Positions 46,561 to 57,846 of a stretch of 63,597 nucleotides of DNA are shown here, piece by piece. Under the pieces are notes generated by a model. The model had not been told where the DNA came from. It saw only the letters and a list, made by a program, of their open reading frames with translations, and made no database searches. Each line of letters opens with the position of its first letter. The stretch's first letter is position 1. The position numbers and the translations under genes were made by a program. Location of the stretch: IMG/VR virus record IMGVR_UViG_3300033182_000943, positions 1 to 63,597 of that record; one strand, 5' to 3'. The DNA is from a virus. Lineage: Duplodnaviria; Caudoviricetes.

Positions 46561-49500
46561 TTAGATAAAGCATCGTTTAACTTATTAAGAACTAATCCTA
46601 AATTAACTGGAAATGTCAAGCTCGTAAGTAATGGGAATGACCTGTACTTAGAATCATTTAGTGCAAATGGTCCTTTGTCATCTTCATCATTTAAGGCCTT
46701 TAAGATTGACGGTAGTCAAACTTATGATACTGATGTTTATAACTTTTTTCAAAGAGGAAAATTTCCAACCGATTTAGCTTACGAGGTATTTCAGGAATTT
46801 GAAGATGTATCTGTATTGTCATCGTATTCAGGGCAATATGAAATGTTTTATTCTGCAGGTACAAGATCAATAGCATCTGAGGCGTATAATGAAAACTTAG
46901 GTATGCTATCACCTTTATGGTTAAATCAAAAAATACCCAATTACTTTGTTATATTTAGGTTAGATAATCCGTCGGCTGTAAATAACACTGATGCTCTATT
47001 ACCTAATGAGGATGAAACCTTAGCACAAACTTCTGAAAAATTTACTGAGTTTGTATTACAAAATTGTACAGCGATAAAGACATTTGATCTTACTGAAAAT
47101 TCTAAACTAGGATCTTATATTAGAAGATATAGAAATAAGGAAGGTTTTCCTAAAGCCCCATTAACCGTAAGTTGGAGAAAGGATGAGCCTATTACATGGA
47201 ATGGTATTTCATATAAGAAAGGTGGGTTTAGTTCAGGTGGGAGTTTTTCATATGATGATTTAATAGGTCAAGATGCCACCATTATTCAAAATGAATTTTT
47301 CTTTACTCAAGGGTTTGAGAGAAATGGTATTCTTTTAGCTAACCTGATTAATATGGAGTTTTTATTCTCCGATCCTGATGCAGATGATTATTCAATTAAT
47401 AGATACTTTGGTTTATACGTTAATGAAATAGAAGAAGGTACTTTTGATATATCAGGTGAAGGTTTTTATAAGAATACTGAAAAGACACAATTGCCTGCTA
47501 TTAAGACAATCAATGAAGTTTCTCAATATCTTAATAAGCCATTTGAAATGACAAATGAAAACGGGATATTGGTATTTCTTGATCCTTCTAAAACAACAGA
47601 GATTACAGGATTGCCTACACCACAGAGGGTAAATGAAGTAGAGTCTATTTTCTATGTTAAAGATAAAACAAACCAATTTCATACTATTAAAAAAGGTTCT
47701 AGGTGGGGCAAGAATCAAATCAGACTTTTTGATAAAAAGATTGATATATCAAAACTTGCAGGATATAAAAATCCTGATACTTTTGCAAATGCAACAGTCA
47801 TTAATAAAGCAGGATCATCGTCTTCTTTTATTAACATACTAGGAGAGTTGCCTATAGGTGCTACAATTACATTTTATGATGGTAATACCCAGATAGGTCA
47901 GGTAGCTGCTAATGAATCTTTAACCAATGGTCCAGGTACTTCGTTTGAATCGTTTTTTAATCCTAAAGGTACAACTGCTGAAATTGCAAAAGCTATAACA
48001 AAGGCTGTAACTTTTGGTATTATTCCGGATAAAAGATTTTTTAATGCTACTATTAATGGATCAACTGTTTATTTTACTAGTAGGTTTAGTGGATCAAGAT
48101 TCAATAGACTTAAGGTTAAAATAAACTGGGATGACTATCCTAGTGAACTTGAGGGAAATATTGAAAGCTATCCTTTAACTTCTGTTGGTAATGAAACTGC
48201 AAATTTTGTTGGTGGTAATGATAAGACCTCATCTTTATTAAAAGTAACCGCAGGTGACCAACTTAGATTTGTTAAAGGTAATTATGTAAAGACTCAATCT
48301 GGGTTTGCATTAATATCTGATTGGGTTCCTTATTTAGAAGAGCCTATCTTTGATGGCAGAGGTAATCAATTAGGTTATACTGACGTTGATAAATATGTCA
48401 TAATTACAATCGAAGATAATCAAATTGATGTAACAAGATCTGGACAAGTTCAACTATATTCTGATTACAAGCCATCATTTGGAAGATTTTCTTTCTTCCC
48501 GGTTAAAGATTTTGACTTTGATTTTTATAGTGATTTGTATAGTGAGCTAGGGGAACTTAATTATGAGATAGCTGAATACAATCAGTATGATGGAACTGCT
48601 ACTGGTACTACTGGTGGATCTACAGGTGGTTCTACGGGTGGCGCCATAGATTATACTGGGATTAGTGCATGGAACGATATTAGAGAGTTTTATGATGCAG
48701 GTGGTTTTACTAATCTAATAGGATTACTTAAAGATTCTGATCCTGATATTATTTTTGACTCTTCTATTTCATCAGAGTATAAAAGATTAGAAGAAAATTA
48801 TTTAAAGCAGCAAGCTGTTGCTTCTAGAATTATTCCTTACATAAATAAGTGGGGGTGGTATAACGGTGGAACTGATGTAAGAAACCACCCATACAGATTA
48901 GACCTTAGTCTTGCTTTCGGTACTAATAACTTTGCCCCATCTAAATGGGATACGGGTAGATCACCACAAGGCTTCAGTCATGAATGGTATTACTTATGTG
49001 AATTTCCATCTTACTTTACGGATGATGCTATAAAATCATCTTGGAGTTATTTTGATGAAGCCCCAGTTGATAGCAGCTTTGATAAAACGGGTGCCTATGT
49101 ACCAGGTACATTCCAAAGAACAGATAAGAATTTCTTTAATGAGTATTTTATAACAGATAGATTTAAAACCGGCGGTTCTATAAATTTAGTAGATAGACAA
49201 CTTAGATACGGTAGATTTACTGGTGGTGATAGACAAAATTTTGCAGAAGCATTTTTAAGAGGCGTTAGAATTTCAGTTAAGCCTAAATCTAGCGGTGAAG
49301 AAAAACCTAACTTTAATGCCACGAAGCTATCATACATTAGAGATGGTAGGTTTAATGATTATATGTTCTCTGTTATGTTAGTACCTAATGCCCCAGATAA
49401 ACCAAAGAATCAAATTAAATTTATAAAGAATGAGAAATGGAAAACCGTTGTTATGCTTATCTTTATTTCATTTGATGATGCATGTTTAAATGGCGGTAGA

Positions 49501-51225
49501 CAGTCTATAGATAGGACATCTCTATATTCCATGAATAGTTCAATTGAGACACTAGCGGACTGTTCGCCTGATGTTTCATACGGTACATATTCATATCAAG
49601 ATTCTGTGATGCAAGGTTCAATTAGTTTTACTTCTTCTAGTTGGGAACCTGCTGTTAATGCATATCTTATCCAAGGTGTACCTGATATCTTTGGTAATCC
49701 TACTAGGTTTATTAGGGATATCCAAATTGGATCAACTGGCCAATTTAATGACATCGGTTTTAAAATAGAAGGAACTAGTGACACTTACGTTATTAAAGGA
49801 ATAAGTAGAGTATTAAATGACAATCAGCTTTATGCAAATGAGATAACAAAAAATGGTGTTAGTATTACATTACCTGATCCAACCGTCCCTTCTATTTCAT
49901 TAAAGAGATCAACTTATGTTGTAATTGGCGGGGGGTATAATGAATATACTGATGTATTAAATAAAGTTAGTTTTGCTGAAATATTAAACGCAGTTAATGA
50001 CGGAGACCCTAACATTATTTATGAAACTATAGATAAAAACGGAAATAGGGTTCTTAATCCTGATGGTAGTCTTGCTATGACCTTTGCGGTTCAATTAAGA
50101 GCACAGGAGGATATTCTAAAGGCTTCTTATATTGGGGTTTTACCGGATCCTAATAAACCAACTGTCTTTAACTTAACTGATATTATTGGTTATGATTTAT
50201 CATTACAAACAAAACCAAGAATTAATCCTATAGGTAGACATTCGGGTTGGTATGAACCTATTACATCGCCTATACTGTTTTTTAAAGATCCATATTCAAA
50301 TATAGATTTTGATAATTCTTATAATACAGGCAGCACAGGAAGCACGAGTAGTACATCATATCCTGTTATACCTGATGAGGTTTATAAGTTTAAGGTTTTT
50401 GAACTATGTAGATATGCTAACGCAGAATTTAATAGTACCTATTTAAATTTTGGACAACTAAAAAACTTTTTCTATCATAAGGTTAACCAAGAAGATCCAT
50501 CTACGATTTTAGAGTTATCTAACGATAGTGCATTTCTTAGCTTATACCCATTAATCAATGAGGTAGGTATAGACTATAAAGATTTTTATGTATTTTCATC
50601 AAACTGGGAACCTGGTTATTTTATAAAAAGTATTGATAAGTCTAAGATACAGTCCGTGATTGGTACCAGATCAATGACAGAAAAGAAATCATTTTTTGGT
50701 TCAAAATATCTTAAGGTACCAGAGCAGATAACTTTAGAGACTTTTGTACCTAGTGAATTTTTCATTGATGCGATTAAAGACCCTGCTCTAATTGATGGAA
50801 CATTTATGTATGAGGAAGATGAAGCCAATATTAAGTTTTACCTTTTTATACAAAAGAGATTAACAGAATACTTGTTTAACGAGATTAAGCCTAAGTTTGA
50901 AGAATACGTTAATCCTGAATTTGGGTTTGGTAATATTGAAACTTTAGATGATGATGTTAATCAATACATTGAGCAAAACATATTAAAGCTATATAAAATA
51001 GGTAGTATTAATTTCTATGTTAGAACTAATAGAGCCAACGTACCTCCTAATTATGATACGGCAGAATTAACTAATTCTGAAAAAGGTGCGGCTGGTCTTT
51101 CAATAGATAATAATGTATCATCTAAAATACTTAATACAAACCCATTTGATTTAAGGCTAATATATAACAAAAGGACCGGTTTCTCTGAATCTTTTGGATT
51201 TAGTGTTACACTAGTTAAAAAATAA
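46546..51225 (+). CDS. very large virion structural protein
   Basis: 1559 aa; structural module context. Confidence 0.65.
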   Translation: MVETLLDKASFNLLRTNPKLTGNVKLVSNGNDLYLESFSANGPLSSSSFKAFKIDGSQTYDTDVYNFFQRGKFPTDLAYEVFQEFEDVSVLSSYSGQYEMFYSAGTRSIASEAYNENLGMLSPLWLNQKIPNYFVIFRLDNPSAVNNTDALLPNEDETLAQTSEKFTEFVLQNCTAIKTFDLTENSKLGSYIRRYRNKEGFPKAPLTVSWRKDEPITWNGISYKKGGFSSGGSFSYDDLIGQDATIIQNEFFFTQGFERNGILLANLINMEFLFSDPDADDYSINRYFGLYVNEIEEGTFDISGEGFYKNTEKTQLPAIKTINEVSQYLNKPFEMTNENGILVFLDPSKTTEITGLPTPQRVNEVESIFYVKDKTNQFHTIKKGSRWGKNQIRLFDKKIDISKLAGYKNPDTFANATVINKAGSSSSFINILGELPIGATITFYDGNTQIGQVAANESLTNGPGTSFESFFNPKGTTAEIAKAITKAVTFGIIPDKRFFNATINGSTVYFTSRFSGSRFNRLKVKINWDDYPSELEGNIESYPLTSVGNETANFVGGNDKTSSLLKVTAGDQLRFVKGNYVKTQSGFALISDWVPYLEEPIFDGRGNQLGYTDVDKYVIITIEDNQIDVTRSGQVQLYSDYKPSFGRFSFFPVKDFDFDFYSDLYSELGELNYEIAEYNQYDGTATGTTGGSTGGSTGGAIDYTGISAWNDIREFYDAGGFTNLIGLLKDSDPDIIFDSSISSEYKRLEENYLKQQAVASRIIPYINKWGWYNGGTDVRNHPYRLDLSLAFGTNNFAPSKWDTGRSPQGFSHEWYYLCEFPSYFTDDAIKSSWSYFDEAPVDSSFDKTGAYVPGTFQRTDKNFFNEYFITDRFKTGGSINLVDRQLRYGRFTGGDRQNFAEAFLRGVRISVKPKSSGEEKPNFNATKLSYIRDGRFNDYMFSVMLVPNAPDKPKNQIKFIKNEKWKTVVMLIFISFDDACLNGGRQSIDRTSLYSMNSSIETLADCSPDVSYGTYSYQDSVMQGSISFTSSSWEPAVNAYLIQGVPDIFGNPTRFIRDIQIGSTGQFNDIGFKIEGTSDTYVIKGISRVLNDNQLYANEITKNGVSITLPDPTVPSISLKRSTYVVIGGGYNEYTDVLNKVSFAEILNAVNDGDPNIIYETIDKNGNRVLNPDGSLAMTFAVQLRAQEDILKASYIGVLPDPNKPTVFNLTDIIGYDLSLQTKPRINPIGRHSGWYEPITSPILFFKDPYSNIDFDNSYNTGSTGSTSSTSYPVIPDEVYKFKVFELCRYANAEFNSTYLNFGQLKNFFYHKVNQEDPSTILELSNDSAFLSLYPLINEVGIDYKDFYVFSSNWEPGYFIKSIDKSKIQSVIGTRSMTEKKSFFGSKYLKVPEQITLETFVPSEFFIDAIKDPALIDGTFMYEEDEANIKFYLFIQKRLTEYLFNEIKPKFEEYVNPEFGFGNIETLDDDVNQYIEQNILKLYKIGSINFYVRTNRANVPPNYDTAELTNSEKGAAGLSIDNNVSSKILNTNPFDLRLIYNKRTGFSESFGFSVTLVKK

Positions 51226-51233
51226 ATAAAGGA

Positions 51234-53549
51234 ATGCCAATTACTATACAAGAACTGCTAGCATCGGATACCATATCACAGGCAGTTGATAAAATTAATT
51301 TTAATTTTGACCAGCTTATTCTGAATGGTGGAGGTCCTGTTGGGCCTGCTGGTGTTGCTGGGCCTACTGGTCCAATTGGGGGCAGAGGTATTAGAGGCGA
51401 AAAGTGGTATGAAGATCCTAATGTAACTGCAACCGATCCTAATACATTAATTTTCACGGACCTTATCGAAGGTGATAATTACCTTGATGCAAATGGGGTG
51501 GTGTGGAAATATAATGGAACATCTTGGGTTATAACACCCGTTGACTTAACTGGGCCTACTGGGCCTGCAGGTAGTGCAGATGGTTTTCTTTTCTTTGGTG
51601 GTTTCCCAGGTGGAGCACCTGCTGGTAATGAAAACGTTGCGTATCCTACACTGATGCCTAGTGGTACTGCAGGTGGTGCCAATTCAACCAATGAGGCGGT
51701 GCCTTCCCTGATCATTGCAGGTATACCCCAAAATGCGCCAGCAACTTCTGGTATAACTTACACCGATGCATATCAGATAAGTACGGCAATGATGGAAGAT
51801 TTGGATTCATCTGTTGTGAGTACTATCATTCACCAAAAGGACAGTGGTACTAGTGCTATTAAGTTTATGGGTGGTGGTGCTTTATTATCTGAAAATTTTG
51901 AACAAGATGATGTTACTCAACTATCAGGCATAAAGTTAACTGAGGACGATACTTTAAACATTATTGTACCTAAACCTGCAACGTCACCTACTGTTATTAG
52001 CGATCTTATTGGATTTAATCTTAATACAAGTAGAAGAGGACAACAGTTTAGGGCAGGTAAGCAAATTGATATTATATCTGGGGTTGATAGTACTCCGTCA
52101 GGTTTAGTTTCTGAACACTCAGATATTACATTTACCGTTAACACAGCAAATCCTGCTACCCCAGCAAAACTTTCTATGGCCAGTACAAACACGGCTTCAA
52201 CTGCTCTGTTTGAATTGGGTGGAAATATTTCATCACCTACAACTACTACAAACACAGGAAGAATTTATGGAGCTGCCGATAATGTTAGATTTGTTGGTGG
52301 TACAGAAGTAGGAATGAGAATTGGTAACAACTTTATGATAGTTGAACCAAGTAACATTACTATTGAAAGTGCATTAGGTGATGTTCAAATTAATACAAAT
52401 AACAATGACTTTATTGTACAGGCTGGTTCATCCGGGACTCTTGATCTAAATGGTTTTTCTATTAGCGGTAGTGCTGCTGATGATGTGACATTCTCAGCTC
52501 CTGATATTGATCTTATTGGACCAGATATAAAGTTAAAAGCACAAAGTGGTACCCATCAACTATTTGTAGACAATAGCTCTATTACCACAGGTGGCATAAA
52601 ACTTACAGGTAATGTGGTTTGGGATTATTCCGGTGTAGGTTCCCCATCCCCTTATACCTCAACCCGCCAAATACTTATTAGACCGCAGAACACCACAAAC
52701 CCTCCCTTAATTATACAAAGCTTTTCGGGGGATGGGGGTACTTTGAAAGGTATAAGAATTGCAACAGGTACCGGTACCGGTGTCTTTGTAAATTCAACTG
52801 AAATTTATAATGCAGGTGTTTATATTGATGGTAATTCAGCAGCTACTGGTATTATAGGATTTAGATTAAATGCAGAGGATAGTGTCTCCAGCAGGAATCA
52901 TACCCAGTTTCACGCAAAGCGAGATACAACTGAGATTGGAAATAGACTTCGGTATGTTAGGAGATCAGTAAACGTTAATCCATGTACTGCAGGTATTACT
53001 GGTGGTTCTGGTGGAACAGGTTATACTGTACCTGCTGCAGCTATGGATGCAACTTATCTTGATATCCAATTTGCCTATCCAGGAGGTCCTACCTCGCCGT
53101 CCCCCGCCGCATCCGACGATGAATTTGATTTCTATTTACCGGATGGTGCGTATGAAGGGCAAAAACTTGTTTTACATATAACGGCTGCACCGAGTAGAAA
53201 TTTACTTAATGACGGGTTTGGGTACAGTTATTATGATTGGCCTTCAGCTTCTGGAAGTGGTGGAGAAATAACCATTTACGTTAAGAGCTCTTCTAATGGC
53301 TATAGCACAACCTATGAACAGATTGCCCAGATGGAAGTTGGAAAGGTGGGTTCTTCTCCTAGAAACGGTTCCGAATTTTTAGCTGAGTTTATCTGGAGTG
53401 GTAGAACATATACAGCAGTTGAGGATTCTATCGGTGGTTCTACAATCAGAAGAAGAACTATGGGTTGGATTATGGTAAGTGGCCCTGGTGTAGTTAGCGC
53501 TACGGCTGGGCAATATAAGGCGGTTGAAAATACACAACAATATTCTTAA
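51234..53549 (+). CDS. tail fibre-like protein
   Basis: DTISQAVDKINFNF N-terminus, short collagen tracts, beta-rich body. Confidence 0.7.
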   Translation: MPITIQELLASDTISQAVDKINFNFDQLILNGGGPVGPAGVAGPTGPIGGRGIRGEKWYEDPNVTATDPNTLIFTDLIEGDNYLDANGVVWKYNGTSWVITPVDLTGPTGPAGSADGFLFFGGFPGGAPAGNENVAYPTLMPSGTAGGANSTNEAVPSLIIAGIPQNAPATSGITYTDAYQISTAMMEDLDSSVVSTIIHQKDSGTSAIKFMGGGALLSENFEQDDVTQLSGIKLTEDDTLNIIVPKPATSPTVISDLIGFNLNTSRRGQQFRAGKQIDIISGVDSTPSGLVSEHSDITFTVNTANPATPAKLSMASTNTASTALFELGGNISSPTTTTNTGRIYGAADNVRFVGGTEVGMRIGNNFMIVEPSNITIESALGDVQINTNNNDFIVQAGSSGTLDLNGFSISGSAADDVTFSAPDIDLIGPDIKLKAQSGTHQLFVDNSSITTGGIKLTGNVVWDYSGVGSPSPYTSTRQILIRPQNTTNPPLIIQSFSGDGGTLKGIRIATGTGTGVFVNSTEIYNAGVYIDGNSAATGIIGFRLNAEDSVSSRNHTQFHAKRDTTEIGNRLRYVRRSVNVNPCTAGITGGSGGTGYTVPAAAMDATYLDIQFAYPGGPTSPSPAASDDEFDFYLPDGAYEGQKLVLHITAAPSRNLLNDGFGYSYYDWPSASGSGGEITIYVKSSSNGYSTTYEQIAQMEVGKVGSSPRNGSEFLAEFIWSGRTYTAVEDSIGGSTIRRRTMGWIMVSGPGVVSATAGQYKAVENTQQYS

Positions 53550-53559
53550 TAACTAAGAA

Positions 53560-53802
53560 ATGAATATAGAAGATAGAAAAGAACTTAAAAACTTTATAGA
53601 TCGCTATAAAGAAATTGAAACATCAATTGAATTAATGCAAAAGAGCATTGAATCTTTAGCGGAAAAAAGAGATAATCTTTTTGACGAGTTAGACGGCCTT
53701 AAGAAAAGGGAAGAAGCCTTTATGAATAGGTTAATTGAAAAATACGGAGCAAGTGAAGTAACCCCTCATAAGTTACTACAACTTTACGAAGAAGGTATAT
53801 GA
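53560..53802 (+). CDS. coiled-coil hypothetical protein
   Basis: 80 aa, heptad pattern. Confidence 0.75.
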   Translation: MNIEDRKELKNFIDRYKEIETSIELMQKSIESLAEKRDNLFDELDGLKKREEAFMNRLIEKYGASEVTPHKLLQLYEEGI

Positions 53803-54569
53803 TAGTTATTAAAAACATATTAGCTTTTTTAACAGATACAAGGAATACTAGAATGCTACTGTTAGGTGGAATTGTGGTATTGGTTATGCTATTGTTTAGA
53901 CAGTGTCAGGCAACGGCGGAGGCCAGACGAGAAGTAACAAGAGTTGTGAATAACTATGAAGCTGCAAATGATACAATCAGAAATTACATAAATGAGTTAG
54001 GAAACGCAGAGGCAGAGAAAAAAGCATTAGTATTAACTCTCACGGAGGTTAGAGATTCATTAGAATTTGAAAAAAATAAACCACCAATTACTGTTATTAA
54101 GTATCGTACTAGAATAGTTGAAAAGATTGTTGAAGTACCGGTTTATCAAATAGATACCATCATAGGTGATTTTAGTTCTGCTTTTACTATTGATAAATGG
54201 TCAAGTTGGGGAAAGAGCTCTAGAAAAATTAAGTTTTTGGTTCCTTATGAAACGCAAGGTGACTCTCTTACCTTAGGTAATGCTACAATCGATTTGGAAC
54301 AGAACATTTGGTTAACTGCATCAATTCTAAGAGATAAGAAAACTGAAGAGGTGTTTGTAAACTTAACAAGCGATTATCCAGGAACGACCTTTAATAGCGC
54401 GCAAGGAATTATGATTGATCCTAATAGCAAAGGTTTATTGGATCTTCAATATCAAAATAGAAAAACATTAGGACTGGGATTGCAATTAGGTGTAGGCCTT
54501 AGCGGTACGGGCTTTACTCCGTATGTTGGTCTAGGTTTAAATTACACCCCTAAGTTTTTACAGTGGTAA
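53799..54569 (+). CDS. membrane-anchored protein, possible lysis/spanin-like
   Basis: N-terminal TM, coiled coil, C-terminal GLGLQLGVG..PYVGLGLNY beta hairpin. Confidence 0.5.
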   Translation: MIVIKNILAFLTDTRNTRMLLLGGIVVLVMLLFRQCQATAEARREVTRVVNNYEAANDTIRNYINELGNAEAEKKALVLTLTEVRDSLEFEKNKPPITVIKYRTRIVEKIVEVPVYQIDTIIGDFSSAFTIDKWSSWGKSSRKIKFLVPYETQGDSLTLGNATIDLEQNIWLTASILRDKKTEEVFVNLTSDYPGTTFNSAQGIMIDPNSKGLLDLQYQNRKTLGLGLQLGVGLSGTGFTPYVGLGLNYTPKFLQW

Positions 54570-54582
54570 ATAAATAGAATAG

Positions 54583-55962
54583 ATGGAATCTTCTAGATTT
54601 ATACAAATAACCCCAGAGATCTTGATTGAGTATATCTATACCGATCAAACGAATCCTACTACATTTAATACCTCTACTTATCCAATAGAGATAATGAGAG
54701 ATGGGCATACTGGAGGATCTTATATGTTTAATACAGATTCTGTTTCTGCCACTATGGGTAATTACAGGGACATATCAGCAGCTGCACTAAATCAAAACAA
54801 ATCGCAGTATGTATCATTAGATACTGATGTAGGTGTACCTTATAATGATTATGATCCGGAATTAACTGATAGTGCTAACCTACTGCAGACTTTTACACCT
54901 TTCCTTGATATTGAATATGATAGGGTTAGAGTACATTTTATTGCAGGATTTAATTTTCAAGGATATGATGGTTTAATTTTTAATGTAACATGTCCAAGAA
55001 GGGATGGCGTTGACATTAATCTTTCTGCTATTAATTTTCTAAAAGATGATACCCCGGTATTTAATCCTGACCCTTTACTTATAGCGGATAAGTTATTCTC
55101 AACATACATTGAATGGAGAGTACCTTCTCTGTACTTTATGAATGATAACTTTGTTACAAGTGATCCTAATGGATTAGGTTATAGGTTAACAGAAGGTCAA
55201 GGGTTTAAGACTACCCCAACATTAAATTTACAGGTACTAGGAATATCAAAAACTACTGTTGATAACGGCTATAGTTTTTATGAAGTACGTGAACTTAATG
55301 CAGTTAATATATTAAGTAGAGATATTTATGATAATCTCTATGCACAGGTAGTTGAATCAAGTATAGGTGATTACTTTGAACTAACTGGGATAGTTACAGG
55401 ATCTTCTCTATCTAATTTTATCGCCCAGTTAAATTCTTCTGGTGGTGATTACATAATATTTCATGAAATTACTGTTAGTGAACAGATTGGAAGTTTATTT
55501 GAACAGTCAAGTAACCAGATAATATCGCAAACTACTGATTTTGATGAACCTATATTATTTAGGCCAATTATACTTAACAGTGCAATAGCGGTATCATTTG
55601 CAATTAACTATACATTAAGACTTTATAACAGAGCCGATAGTACACAGATTATTAAAAATGCTAGATTAGTTTCAACTGATACTAAGAAGTATGGAAGAAG
55701 ACTTATGAAGATTAATTTAGGAGTAGTTCCTACTGTTGCTAATGTAGTTAATCAAATAGCACCTGATGATGGTAGAAATATTATCGTTTCAACAGGATCT
55801 TCTTTAGGATCCAATAGGGCTAATACATCTGAGCAGATTACAGAAAAATTAGTGGTTAAGACTAAGTATGTTACTAGCTTTAGGGATAGAATAAATGTAA
55901 AGGCATCAATAGCGCCGGTAAAAATACAAAACATAACAGAGACAGATGGCGGTACAAACTAA
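54583..55962 (+). CDS. putative structural protein
   Basis: 459 aa after a class III motif. Confidence 0.65.
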   Translation: MESSRFIQITPEILIEYIYTDQTNPTTFNTSTYPIEIMRDGHTGGSYMFNTDSVSATMGNYRDISAAALNQNKSQYVSLDTDVGVPYNDYDPELTDSANLLQTFTPFLDIEYDRVRVHFIAGFNFQGYDGLIFNVTCPRRDGVDINLSAINFLKDDTPVFNPDPLLIADKLFSTYIEWRVPSLYFMNDNFVTSDPNGLGYRLTEGQGFKTTPTLNLQVLGISKTTVDNGYSFYEVRELNAVNILSRDIYDNLYAQVVESSIGDYFELTGIVTGSSLSNFIAQLNSSGGDYIIFHEITVSEQIGSLFEQSSNQIISQTTDFDEPILFRPIILNSAIAVSFAINYTLRLYNRADSTQIIKNARLVSTDTKKYGRRLMKINLGVVPTVANVVNQIAPDDGRNIIVSTGSSLGSNRANTSEQITEKLVVKTKYVTSFRDRINVKASIAPVKIQNITETDGGTN

Positions 55963-56893
55963 CATAGCATTAACAGAAAAGGAGACTAAGATTTATAAGA
56001 AGTTTAAATCTCTTTCTGTAAATGAAGATCCTAAATTGCAAGGAGACGGTGTTATTAGAATATCTCCCTTTGATGATTACTTTTTGTTTACACTCTTTAA
56101 TGAAATCAATTCTGAGAATGTCCCGATTGATTTGACTAATGTAGGTACTCTTTATATGGTTTTTGTTGGTCAGAATGATGAAATAAGAATTCCTAATTAT
56201 ACAAATGTACAGGATATTGATATGTCATCCGGGCAGGTATTATTTAGAATAGATAAGGAAAATTCAAAAAAGATACTTGCATTAGATAATAAAAACTTCT
56301 ACATATCAACTATTATGGTTGATGCGGATGGTGAGTCTGATGAATCTGTAGTTTATACCGGAACCTTTTTATCATTTGAAGATGGAGCAAAACAATCAAC
56401 CACCGATCAAATAGAGGAATTAAGAATTCAGTATTCTAAAGAACTTGCAGCATTGCAATCAAAAATAGAATCACTTAATACTACGGTATCGGATTTAACC
56501 GAGACAAATGAAGAGCAATTGGTTACCATAGAAGCTCTTAAAAATAGTAATGTTAATCTTACAAATGAAGTTGCATCATTAAGTGAAGCCTTAGGTGATT
56601 CGCAAGCCGAGACTTTACTAGCGGAAGCACAAGCGGCTCAGCGTGCGGCTGAATTGGCTCAATTGCAGAAGCAACAGCAGATTGCTTTAGCTTCATCTGG
56701 GACTGGCGGTTTTAATTATATAGCAGCTTCTAAGAATTTACAAAATTATACATTAGGCGTAAATCCTGTTACATCAGGTACTTCAGGAGTATCTTCTATA
56801 GTTACACGATCATTTAACCCACCTGGTCCAATTAGTGTTGCAGGTAGGGCACAGGGTGTAAGTGGTGTAAGTGGAGAAAGAGGAATTGATTAA
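55946..56893 (+). CDS. putative structural coiled-coil protein
   Basis: 315 aa. Confidence 0.65.
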   Translation: MAVQTNIALTEKETKIYKKFKSLSVNEDPKLQGDGVIRISPFDDYFLFTLFNEINSENVPIDLTNVGTLYMVFVGQNDEIRIPNYTNVQDIDMSSGQVLFRIDKENSKKILALDNKNFYISTIMVDADGESDESVVYTGTFLSFEDGAKQSTTDQIEELRIQYSKELAALQSKIESLNTTVSDLTETNEEQLVTIEALKNSNVNLTNEVASLSEALGDSQAETLLAEAQAAQRAAELAQLQKQQQIALASSGTGGFNYIAASKNLQNYTLGVNPVTSGTSGVSSIVTRSFNPPGPISVAGRAQGVSGVSGERGID

Positions 56894-56900
56894 TTAAGAT

Positions 56901-57455
56901 ATGTTATTAAGCGCAAGAAATAATCAGTTTAGGTTTTCTTTTCCAAGAAACTTTATACCTAAGGAAATTGCAGATAAGTACAGACCTTATCTCAATCGCA
57001 TGCCTGGTGGTTTAATTAAGGAACCTATTGACTTTTTTAATTATGGTATTCAATCGTTAAATTTACCAGGTCCTAGTTTTGATCCTACTACCCAAAACGA
57101 TTTTCCTGGTAATACCAGAAGATTTAGATCAAGCATACCTAAACAAGAGCTCTATGATAAATCATTGACAGTAACAATGCAAGCGTTTGATGGGTGGGTT
57201 AATTATTGGATGGCGGTTGAGGTCTTTGATTATTACTATAGATTAGATGGTAAGAATCCATTTTTACCAGAAGGAGTAGGAATCCAAATGTTAGATGGTG
57301 AAGGTAACGTATTTGTTACTGCTAGGTTAGGCGAAATGATTATGTCTAGTGTTAGTGCATTAGATCTTAATTTTTCAAGTAACACAATTGAATTCCAAAC
57401 GTTTGATATAGACTTCTCATATAACATTCTAGATGTCACGGTAAATCTTACCTAA
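56901..57455 (+). CDS. tail tube-fold protein (gp3/gp19-like)
   Basis: IQSLNLPG, LTVTM, SALDLNF..FDIDFSY. Confidence 0.65.
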   Translation: MLLSARNNQFRFSFPRNFIPKEIADKYRPYLNRMPGGLIKEPIDFFNYGIQSLNLPGPSFDPTTQNDFPGNTRRFRSSIPKQELYDKSLTVTMQAFDGWVNYWMAVEVFDYYYRLDGKNPFLPEGVGIQMLDGEGNVFVTARLGEMIMSSVSALDLNFSSNTIEFQTFDIDFSYNILDVTVNLT

Positions 57456-57482
57456 TATATAATTAAATCAATAAGTAGAATA

Positions 57483-57836
57483 ATGAAAACTTTTAAAGAT
57501 TATCTTACCGAGACTCATACTGATTCTTTAGACATCTATCATACTTTAAATGAATCAAATTTGACAGAAGAACAGGAAGCTGCGATCGACGAAGCAGTCT
57601 CTCGTATTATGGAAGAGCACGAGAAAGGCAAGAATATTGAAGAAGTAATGGAAGAAATTGTTAATGAAGGTATTCTAGGCTCTGTATTAGGTGGTCTTAC
57701 TGGTTTTGCTTTAGGTAAAGCAGTAGGTAAAGCTCTTGCCAAAGTATTAGGAATTGAAAAAGGTGCTCTTTATGATTTGTTAACCAGTCGATTAGTAGGT
57801 GCTGCTCTCGGTGCAGTACTTGGTAAGAGGCTCTAA
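57483..57836 (+). CDS. glycine-zipper protein with capsid-targeting-like N-terminus
   Basis: MKTFKDYLTE; C-terminal GxxxG repeats. Confidence 0.75.
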   Translation: MKTFKDYLTETHTDSLDIYHTLNESNLTEEQEAAIDEAVSRIMEEHEKGKNIEEVMEEIVNEGILGSVLGGLTGFALGKAVGKALAKVLGIEKGALYDLLTSRLVGAALGAVLGKRL

Positions 57837-57846
57837 TATTTGTAAT

